From positions 34,162,001 to 34,226,000 of the forward strand of contig CM097888.1 of NCBI GenBank assembly GCA_044892525.1: a stretch of 64,000 bases of DNA. Direction: 5' to 3'. A program made the translations under genes and the position numbers. The stretch comes from Schmidtea polychroa. Taxonomy: Eukaryota. Positions within the stretch are counted from its first letter, which is position 1, and the number at the start of each line of letters is the position of its first letter. Shown piece after piece: positions 12,701-24,700 of the stretch. The notes beneath the pieces are model-generated. The model made no database searches. It saw only the letters and a program-made list of their open reading frames with translations, and had not been told where the DNA came from.

Positions 12701-15700
12701 TGTGCAATATTTAATGTCTTCATCTGATGATATGATGGTTGTTGAATAAACTGATTTTTCTGTTTCAAACATTTCGCTTTCATGCTTAATCTCTCGACAC
12801 CATTCTCCACTATATTCAACATGCTCAATTACATTTTCTATGCTAATATCCTCTATTGTCGGCTTAGCGGTTGAAGTAGCAATATCTAGCATTGGAATCT
12901 CCCAACTTACACTCTCATTTTCGATTAACAGTCTTTCTGATTCTTCATCCGGTTTCTGTATAGGAACTATTTCTTCGACAATTTCAACAGTTTCACATTC
13001 AACTGTGCAGCAACTCAATTCAAACATCGACGACTTATCTATCACTTTCACTCCTACTGTCATTACACCGACTTCTACAGTTTCTATCATTTGATCTACT
13101 TGACTGTCTTCCATACTTATTGTATATTCACTTGAACATTCTACAATCACACTTCTGAATTCTGATCCGACCTCGACTGCCTTAGAACCAACATGACTCA
13201 AGCTTTCTTCTATTGATATACATTCAAAACTGCTTTCACTATCAACTATCTCACACATGAACTCAGTCATTGTTTCTTGGAATTTTCCTACAGCTTCATG
13301 ACTTGTTAGAGTATCAATGAATACAATATCCTTTTCTCCGAATGTTTCGCTTCCTACTTCAATCAATTTACTCTCTACACTACTACCGAAGTCAACTGTG
13401 TCTTTTAGTTTTTCGAAAGAAACATCTGCAATTTCACTATCTTTCACTGATTCACTACTCATATCTATAGCCTCTGCTTTATAGTCAGTTAACTTATTTG
13501 AAGCCTTTGTATCTTTTTCCAAGCTCGTATGTGTCAATTCGATTATTCCAGTTTCAGTTGCAATGTTTTCAGATTTGATCTAAACACGAGAAAACATTTC
13601 TTTAAAGTGTTCAAAATGTTTTGTAGATTTGTTTAAACGATAATTTATCATTATAAAAAGTGATTTAAAGAAATGAATAAAAAATATGTTTAATGAAAAT
13701 TTAATAAATATCATGAAAAATGAATCAAACATTGCTTTAGTGCTATAAATTGTAGGAAAAAAATTAATTTTATTTACCTCTATTTCACTGAAACATTCTT
13801 CCATTGTTGATTTCATTTCGTAGCCAGATTCCATGTTGCGAGTCTTTGTTTCTTCGAATTGTATTTCAACTGTGCAATATTTAATGTCTTCATCTGATGA
13901 TATGATGGTTGTTGAATAAACTGATTTTTCTGTTTCAAACATTTCGCTTTCATGCTTAATCTCTCGACACCATTCTCCACTATATTCAACATGCTCAATT
14001 ACATTTTCTATGCTAATATCCTCTATTGTCGGCTTAGCTGTTGAAGTAGCAATATCTAGCATTGGAATCTCCCAACTTACACTCTCATTTTCGATTAACA
14101 GTCTTTCTGATTCTTCATCCGGTTTCTGTATAGGAACTATTTCTTCGACAATTTCAACAGTTTCACATTCAACTGTGCAGCAACTCAATTCAAACATCGA
14201 CGACTTATCTATCACTTTCACTCCTACTGTCATTACACCGACTTCTACAGTTTCTATCATTTGATCTACTTGACTGTCTTCCATACTTATTGTATATTCA
14301 CTTGAACATTCTACAATCACACTTCTGAATTCTGATCCGACCTCGACTGCCTTAGAACCAACATGACTCAAGCTTTCTTCTATTGATATACATTCAAAAC
14401 TGCTTTCACTATCAACTATCTCACACATGAACTCAGTCATTGTTTCTTGGAATTTTCCTACAGCTTCATGACTTGTTAGAGTATCAATGAATACAATATC
14501 CTTTTCTCCGAATGTTTCGCTTCCTACTTCAATCAATTTACTCTCTACACTACTACCGAAGTCAACTGTGTCTTTTACTTTTTCGAAAGAAACATCTACA
14601 ATTTCACTATCTTTCACTGATTCACTACTCATATCTATAGCCTCTGCTTTATAGTCAGTTAACTTATTTGAAGCCTTTGTATCTTTTTCCAAGCTCGTAT
14701 GTGTCAATTCGATTATTCCAGTTTCAGTTGCAATGTTTTCAGATTTGATCTAAACACGAGAAAACATTTCTTAAAAGTGTTCAAAATGTTTTGTAGATTT
14801 GTTTAAACGATAATTTATCATTATAAAAAGTGATTTAAAGAAATGAATAAAAAATATGTTTAATGAAAATTTAATAAATATCATGATAAATGAATCAAAC
14901 ATTGCTTTAGTGCTATAAATTGTAGGAAAAAAATTAATTTTATTTACCTCTATTTCACTGAAACATTCTTCCATTGTTGATTTCATTTCGTAGCCAGATT
15001 CCATGTTGCGAGTCTTTGTTTCTTCGAATTGTATTTCAACTGTGCAATATTTAATGTCTTCATCTGATGATATGATGGTTGTTGAATAAACTGATTTTTC
15101 TGTTTCAAACATTTCGCTTTCATGCTTAATCTCTCGACACCATTCTCCACTATATTCAACATGCTCAATTACATTTTCTATGCTAATATCCTCTATTGTC
15201 GGCTTAGCGGTTGAAGTAGCAATATCTAGCATTGGAATCTCCCAACTTACACTCTCATTTTCGATTAACAGTCTTTCTGATTCTTCATCCGGTTTCTGTA
15301 TAGGAACTATTTCTTCGACAATTTCAACAGTTTCACATTCAACTGTGCAGCAACTCAATTCAAACATCGACGACTTATCTATCACTTTCACTCCTACTGT
15401 CATTACACCGACTTCTACAGTTTCTATCATTTGATCTACTTGACTGTCTTCCATACTTATTGTATATTCACTTGAACATTCTACAATCACACTTCTGAAT
15501 TCTGATCCGACCTCGACTGCCTTAGAACCAACATGACTCAAGCTTTCTTCTATTGATATACATTCAAAACTGCTTTCACTATCAACTATCTCACACATGA
15601 ACTCAGTCATTGTTTCTTGGAATTTTCCTACAGCTTCATGACTTGTTAGAGTATCAATGAATACAATATCCTTTTCTCCGAATGTTTCGCTTCCTACTTC

Positions 15701-18700
15701 AATCAATTTACTCTCTACACTACTACCGAAGTCAACTGTGTCTTTTAGTTTTTCGAAAGAAACATCTGCAATTTCACTATCTTTCACTGATTCACTACTC
15801 ATATCTATAGCCTCTGCTTTATAGTCAGTTAACTTATTTGAAGCCTTTGTATCTTTTTCCAAGCTCGTATGTGTCAATTCGATTATTCCAGTTTCAGTTG
15901 CAATGTTTTCAGATTTGATCTAAACACGAGAAAACATTTCTTTAAAGTGTTCAAAATGTTTTGTAGATTTGTTTAAACGATAATTTATCATTATAAAAAG
16001 TGATTTAAAGAAATGAATAAAAAATATGTTTAATGAAAATTTAATAAATATCATGAAAAATGAATCAAACATTGCTTTAGTGCTATAAATTGTAGGAAAA
16101 AAATTAATTTTATTTACCTCTATTTCACTGAAACATTCTTCCATTGTTGATTTCATTTCGTAGCCAGATTCCATGTTGCGAGTCTTTGTTTCTTCGAATT
16201 GTATTTCAACTGTGCAATATTTAATGTCTTCATCTGATGATATGATGGTTGTTGAATAAACTGATTTTTCTGTTTCAAACATTTCGCTTTCATGCTTAAT
16301 CTCTCGACACCATTCTCCACTATATTCAACATGCTCAATTACATTTTCTATGCTAATATCCTCTATTGTCGGCTTAGCTGTTGAAGTAGCAATATCTAGC
16401 ATTGGAATCTCCCAACTTACACTCTCATTTTCGATTAACAGTCTTTCTGATTCTTCATCCGGTTTCTGTATAGGAACTATTTCTTCGACAATTTCAACAG
16501 TTTCACATTCAACTGTGCAGCAACTCAATTCAAACATCGACGACTTATCTATCACTTTCACTCCTACTGTCATTACACCGACTTCTACAGTTTCTATCAT
16601 TTGATCTACTTGACTGTCTTCCATACTTATTGTATATTCACTTGAACATTCTACAATCACACTTCTGAATTCTGATCCGACCTCGACTGCCTTAGAACCA
16701 ACATGACTCAAGCTTTCTTCTATTGATATACATTCAAAACTGCTTTCACTATCAACTATCTCACACATGAACTCAGTCATTGTTTCTTGGAATTTTCCTA
16801 CAGCTTCATGACTTGTTAGAGTATCAATGAATACAATATCCTTTTCTCCGAATGTTTCGCTTCCTACTTCAATCAATTTACTCTCTACACTACTACCGAA
16901 GTCAACTGTGTCTTTTAGTTTTTCGAAAGAAACATCTACAATTTCACTATCTTTCACTGATTCACTACTCATATCTATAGCCTCTGCTTTATAGTCAGTT
17001 AACTTATTTGAAGCCTTTGTATCTTTTTCCAAGCTCGTATGTGTCAATTCGATTATTCCAGTTTCAGTTGCAATTTTTTCAGATTTGATCTAAACACGAG
17101 AAAACATTTCTTAAAAGTGTTCAAAATGTTTTGTAGATTTGTTTAAACGATAATTTATCATTATAAAAAGTGATTTAAAGAAATGAATAAAAAATATGTT
17201 TAATGAAAATTTAATAAATATCATGATAAATGAATCAAACATTGCTTTAGTGCTATAAATTGTAGGAAAAAAATTAATTTTATTTACCTCTATTTCACTG
17301 AAACATTCTTCCATTGTTGATTTCATTTCGTAGCCAGATTCCACGTTGCGAGTCTTTGTTTCTTCGAATTGTATTTCAACTGTGCAATATTTAATGTCTT
17401 CATCTGATGATATGAAGGTTGTTGAATAAACTGATTTTTCTGTTTCAAACATTTCGCTTTCATGCTTAATCTCTCGACACCATTCTCCACTATATTCAAC
17501 ATGCTCAATTACATTTTCTATGCTAATATCCTCTATTGTCGGCTTAGCTGTTGAAGTAGCAATATCTAGCATTGGAATCTCCCAACTTACACTCTCATTT
17601 TCGATTAACAGTCTTTCTGATTCTTCATCCGGTTTCTGTATAGGAACTATTTCTTCGACAATTTCAACAGTTTCACATTCAACTGTGCAGCAACTCAATT
17701 CAAACATCGACGACTCATCTATCACTTTCACTCCTACTGTCATTACACCGACTTCTACAGTTTCTATCATTTGATCTACTTGACTGTCTTCCATACTTAT
17801 TGTATATTCACTTGAACATTCTACAATCACACTTCTGAATTCTGATCCGACCTCGACTGCCTTAGAACCAACATGACTCAAGCTTTCTTCTATTGATATA
17901 CATTCAAAACTGCTTTCACTATCAACTATCTCACACATGAACTCAGTCATTGTTTCTTGGAATTTTCCTACAGCTTCATGACTTGTTAGAGTATCAATGA
18001 ATACAATATCCTTTTCTCCGAATGTTTCGCTTCCTACTTCAATCAATTTACTCTCTACACTACTACCGAAGTCAACTGTGTCTTTTAGTTTTTCGAAAGA
18101 AACATCTACAATTTCACTGTCTTTCACTGATTCACTACTCATATCTATAGCCTCTGCTTTATAGTCAGTTAACTTATTTGAAGCCTTTGTATCTTTTTCC
18201 AAGCTCGTATGTGTCAATTCGATTATTCCAGTTTCAGTTGCAATGTTTTCAGATTTGATCTAAACACGAGAAAACATTTCTTAAAAATGTCCAAAATGTT
18301 TTGTAGTTTTTTTAAACGATAATTTATTATTATAAAAAGTAATTAAAAGAAATGAATAAAAAATATGTTTAATGAAAATTTAATAAATATCATGATAAAT
18401 GTATCAAACATTGCTTTAGTGTTATAAATTGTAGGAAAAAAATTAATTTTATTTACCTCTATTTCACTGAAACATTCTTCCATTGTTGATTTCATTTCGT
18501 AGCCAGATTCCATGTTGCGAGTCTTTGTTTCTTCGAATTGTATTTCAACGGTGCAATATTTAATGTCTTCATCTGATGATATGATGGTTGTTGAATAAAC
18601 TGATTTTTCTGTTTCAAACATTTCGCTTTCATGCTTAATCTCTCGACACCATTCTCCACTATATTCAACATGCTCAATTACATTTTCTATGCTAATATCC

Positions 18701-21700
18701 TCTATTGTCGGCTTAGCTGTTGAAGTAGCAATATCTAGCATTGGAATCTCCCAACTTACACTCTCATTTTCGATTAACAGTCTTTCTGATTCTTCATCCG
18801 GTTTCTGTATAGGAACTATTTCTTCGACAATTTCAATAGTTTCACATTCAACTGTGCAGCAACTCAATTCAAACATCGACGACTCATCTATCACTTTCAC
18901 TCCTACTGTCATTACACCGACTTCTACAGTTTCTATCATTTGATCTACTTGACTGTCTTCCATACTTATTGTATATTCACTTGAACATTCTACAATCACA
19001 CTTCTGAATTCTGATCCGACCTCGACTGCCTTAGAACCAACATGACTCAAGCTTTCTTCTATTGATTTACATTCAAAACTGCTTTCACTATCAACTGTCT
19101 CACACATGAACTCAGTCATTGTTTCTTGGAATTTTCCTACAGCTTCATGACTTGTTAGTGTATCAATGAATACAATATGCTTTTCTCCGAATGTTTCGCT
19201 TCCTACTTCAATCAATTTACTCTCTACACTACTACCGAAGTCAACTGTGTCTTTTAGTTTTTCGAAAGAAACCTCTACAATTTCACTATCTTTCACTGAT
19301 TCACTACTCATATCTATAGCCTCTGCTTTATAGTCAGTTAACTTATTTGAAGCCTTTGTATCTTTTTCCAAGCTCGTATGTGTCAATTCGATTATTCCAG
19401 TTTCAGTTGCAATGTTTTCAGATTTGATCTAAACACGAGAAAACATTTCTTAAAAATGTCCAAAATGTTTTGTAGTTTTTTTAAACGATAATTTATTATT
19501 ATAAAAAGTAATTAAAAGAAATGAATAAAAAATATGTTTAATGAAAATTTAATAAATATCATGATAAATGTATCAAACATTGCTTTAGTGCTATAAATTG
19601 TAGGAAAAAAATTAATTTTATTTACCTCTATTTCACTGAAACATTCTTCCATTGTTGATTTCATTTCGTAGCCAGATTCCATGTTGCGAGTCTTTGTTTC
19701 TTCGAATTGTATTTCAACGGTGCAATATTTAATGTCTTCATCTGATGATATGATGGTTGTTGAATAAACTGATTTTTCTGTTTCAAACATTTCGCTTTCA
19801 TGCTTAATCTCTCGACACCATTCTCCACTATATTCAACATGCTCAATTACATTTTCTATGCTAATATCCTCTATTGTCGGCTTAGCTGTTGAAGTAGCAA
19901 TATCTAGCATTGGAATCTCCCAACTTACACTCTCATTTTCGATTAGTAGTCTTTCTGACTCTTCATCCGATTTCTGTATAGGAACTATTTCTTCGACAAT
20001 TTCAACAGTTTCACATTCAACTGTGCAGCAACTCAATTCAAACATCGACGACTCATCTATCACTTTCACTCCTACTGTCATTACACCGACTTCTACAGTT
20101 TCTATCATTTGATCTACTTGACTGTCTTCCATACTTATTGTATATTCACTTGAACATTCTACAATCACACTTCTGAATTCTGATCCGACCTCGACTGCCT
20201 TAGAACCAACATGACTCAAGCTTTCTTCTATTGATATACATTCAAAACTGCTTTCACTATCAACTATCTCACACATGAACTCAGTCATTGTTTCTTGGAA
20301 TTTTCCTACAGCTTCATGACTTGTTAGAGTATCAATGAATACAATATCCTTTTCTCCGAATGTTTCGCTTCCTACTTCAATCAATTTACTCTCTACACTA
20401 CTACCGAAGTCAACTGTGTCTTTTAGTTTTTCGAAAGAAACATCTACAATTTCACTGTCTTTCACTGATTCACTACTCATATCTATAGCCTCTGCTTTAT
20501 AGTCAGTTAACTTATTTGAAGCCTTTGTATCTTTTTCCAAGCTCGTATGTGTCAATTCGATTATTCCAGTTTCAGTTGCAATGTTTTCAGATTTGATCTA
20601 AACACGAGAAAACATTTCTTAAAAATGTCCAAAATGTTTTGTAGTTTTTTTAAACGATAATTTATTATTATAAAAAGTAATTAAAAGAAATGAATAAAAA
20701 ATATGTTTAATGAAAATTTAATAAATATCATGATAAATGTATCAAACATTGCTTTAGTGTTATAAATTGTAGGAAAAAAATTAATTTTATTTACCTCTAT
20801 TTCACTGAAACATTCTTCCATTGTTGATTTCATTTCGTAGCCAGATTCCATGTTGCGAGTCTTTGTTTCTTCGAATTGTATTTCAACGGTGCAATATTTA
20901 ATGTCTTCATCTGATGATATGATGGTTGTTGAATAAACTGATTTTTCTGTTTCAAACATTTCGCTTTCATGCTTAATCTCTCGACACCATTCTCCACTAT
21001 ATTCAACATGCTCAATTACATTTTCTATGCTAATATCCTCTATTGTCGGCTTAGCTGTTGAAGTAGCAATATCTAGCATTGGAATCTCCCAACTTACACT
21101 CTCATTTTCGATTAACAGTCTTTCTGATTCTTCATCCGGTTTCTGTATAGGAACTATTTCTTCGACAATTTCAATAGTTTCACATTCAACTGTGCAGCAA
21201 CTCAATTCAAACATCGACGACTCATCTATCACTTTCACTCCTACTGTCATTACACCGACTTCTACAGTTTCTATCATTTGATCTACTTGACTGTCTTCCA
21301 TACTTATTGTATATTCACTTGAACATTCTACAATCACACTTCTGAATTCTGATCCGACCTCGACTGCCTTAGAACCAACATGACTCAAGCTTTCTTCTAT
21401 TGATTTACATTCAAAACTGCTTTCACTATCAACTGTCTCACACATGAACTCAGTCATTGTTTCTTGGAATTTTCCTACAGCTTCATGACTTGTTAGTGTA
21501 TCAATGAATACAATATGCTTTTCTCCGAATGTTTCGCTTCCTACTTCAATCAATTTACTCTCTACACTACTACCGAAGTCAACTGTGTCTTTTAGTTTTT
21601 CGAAAGAAACCTCTACAATTTCACTATCTTTCACTGATTCACTACTCATATCTATAGCCTCTGCTTTATAGTCAGTTAACTTATTTGAAGCCTTTGTATC

Positions 21701-24700
21701 TTTTTCCAAGCTCGTATGTGTCAATTCGATTATTCCAGTTTCAGTTGCAATGTTTTCAGATTTGATCTAAACACGAGAAAACATTTCTTAAAAATGTCCA
21801 AAATGTTTTGTAGTTTTTTTAAACGATAATTTATTATTATAAAAAGTAATTAAAAGAAATGAATAAAAAATATGTTTAATGAAAATTTAATAAATATCAT
21901 GATAAATGTATCAAACATTGCTTTAGTGCTATAAATTGTAGGAAAAAAATTAATTTTATTTACCTCTATTTCACTGAAACATTCTTCCATTGTTGATTTC
22001 ATTTCGTAGCCAGATTCCATGTTGCGAGTCTTTGTTTCTTCGAATTGTATTTCAACGGTGCAATATTTAATGTCTTCATCTGATGATATGATGGTTGTTG
22101 AATAAACTGATTTTTCTGTTTCAAACATTTCGCTTTCATGCTTAATCTCTCGACACCATTCTCCACTATATTCAACATGCTCAATTACATTTTCTATGCT
22201 AATATCCTCTATTGTCGGCTTAGCTGTTGAAGTAGCAATATCTAGCATTGGAATCTCCCAACTTACACTCTCATTTTCGATTAGTAGTCTTTCTGACTCT
22301 TCATCCGATTTCTGTATAGGAACTATTTCTTCGACAATTTCAACAGTTTCACATTCAACTGTGCAGCAACTCAATTCAAACATCGACGACTCATCTATCA
22401 CTTTCACTCCTACTGTCATTACACCGAATTCTACAGTTTCTATCATTTGATCTACTTGACTGTCTTCCATACTTATTGTATATTCACTTGAACATTCTAC
22501 AATCACACTTCTGAATTCTGATCCGACCTCAACTGCCTTAGAACCAACATGACTCAAGCTTTCTTCTATTGATTTACATTCAAAACTGCTTTCACTATCA
22601 ACTGTCTCACACATGAACTCAGTCATTGTTTCTTGGAATTTTCCTACAGCTTCATGACTTGTTAGTGTATCAATGAATACAATATGCTTTTCTCCGAATG
22701 TTTCGCTTCCTACTTCAATCAATTTACTCTCTACACTACTACCGAAGTCAACTGTGTCTTTTAGTTTTTCGAAAGAAACATCTACAATTTCACTGTCTTT
22801 CACTGATTCACTACTCATATCTATAGCCTCTGCTTTATAGTCAGTTAACTTATTTGAAGCCTTTGTATCTTTTTCCAAGCTCGTATGTGTCAATTCGATT
22901 ATTCCAGTTTCAGTTGCAATGTTTTCAGATTTGATCTAAACACGAGAAAACATTTCTTAAAAATGTCCAAAATGTTTTGTAGTTTTTTTAAACGATAATT
23001 TATTATTATAAAAAGTAATTAAAAGAAATGAATAAAAAATATGTTTAATGAAAATTTAATAAATATCATGATAAATGTATCAAACATTGCTTTAGTGTTA
23101 TAAATTGTAGGAAAAAAATTAATTTTATTTACCTCTATTTCACTGAAACATTCTTCCATTGTTGATTTCATTTCGTAGCCAGATTCCATGTTGCGAGTCT
23201 TTGTTTCTTCGAATTGTATTTCAACTGTGCAATATTTAATGTCTTCATCTGATGATATGATGGTTGTTGAATAAACTGATTTTTCTGTTTCAAACATTTC
23301 GCTTTCATGCTTAATCTCTCGACACCATTCTCCACTATATTCAACATGCTCAATTACATTTTCTATGCTAATATCCTCTATTGTCGGCTTAGCTGTTGAA
23401 GTAGCAATATCTAGCATTGGAATCTCCCAACTTACACTCTCATTTTCGATTAACAGTCTTTCTGATTCTTCATCCGGTTTCTGTATAGGAACTATTTCTT
23501 CGACAATTTCAACAGTTTCACATTCAACTGTGCAGCAACTCAAATCAAACATCGACAACTCATCTATCACTTTCACTCCTACTGTCATTACACCGACTTC
23601 TACAGTTTCTATCATTTGATCTACTTGACTGTCTTCCATACTTATTGTATATTCACTTGAACATTCTACAATCACACTTCTGAATTCTGATCCGACCTCG
23701 ACTGCCTTAGAACCAACATGACTCAAGCTTTCTTCTATTGATTTACATTCAAAACTGCTTTCACTATCAACTGTCTCACACATGAACTCAGTCATTGTTT
23801 CTTGGAATTTTCCTACAGCTTCATGACTTGTTAATGTATCAATGAATACAATATGCTTTTCTCCGAATGTTTCGCTTCCTACTTCAATCAATTTACTCTC
23901 TACACTACTACCGAAGTCAAATGTGTCTTTTAGTTTTTCGAAAGAAACATCTACAATTTCACTGTCTTTCACTGATTCACTACTCATATCTATAGCCTCT
24001 GCTTTATAGTCAGTTAACTTATTTGAAGCCTTTGTATCTTTTTCCAAGCTCGTATGTGTCAATTTAATTATTCCAGTTTCAGTTGCAATGTTTTCAGATT
24101 TGATCTAAACACAAGAAAACATTTCTTAAAAATGTCCAAAATGTTTTGTAGTTTTTTTAAACGATAATTTATTATTATAAAATGTAATTAAAAGAAATGA
24201 ATAAAAAATATGTGTAATGAAAATTTAATAAATATCATGATAAATGTATCAAACATTGCTTTAGTGTTATAAATTGTAGGAAAAAAATTAATTTTATTTA
24301 CCTCTATTTCACTGAAACATTCTTCCATTGTTGATTTCATTTCGTAGCCAGATTCCATGTTGCGAGTCTTTGTTTCTTCGAATTGTATTTCAACGGTGCA
24401 ATATTTAATGTCTTCATCTGATGATATGATGGTTGTTGAATAAACTGATTTTTCTGTTTCAAACATTTCGCTTTCATGCTTAATCTCTCGACACCATTCT
24501 CCACTATATTCAACATGCTCAATTACATTTTCTATGCTAATATCCTCTATTGTCGGCTTAGCTGTTGAAGTAGCAATATCTAGCATTGGAATCTCCCAAC
24601 TTACACTCTCATTTTCGATTAGTAGTCTTTCTGACTCTTCATCCGATTTCTGTATAGGAACTATTTCTTCGACAATTTCAACAGTTTCACATTCAACTGT

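Larger units (their letters stand above)
10062..18259. repeat. Sub-family block B (1170-bp period, U9-U15)
   Basis: B-type introns; U10-U15 carry D70, I97, I107. Confidence 0.9.

Noticed and set aside
18343-18456. Hydrophobic C-terminal tail (FIMIFIKFSLNIFFIHFF) as a transmembrane anchor
   Set aside because: It lies past the GT donor and is a different frame in block A; best explained as T-rich intron read-through. Kept only as a possibility under the intronic polyadenylation finding.
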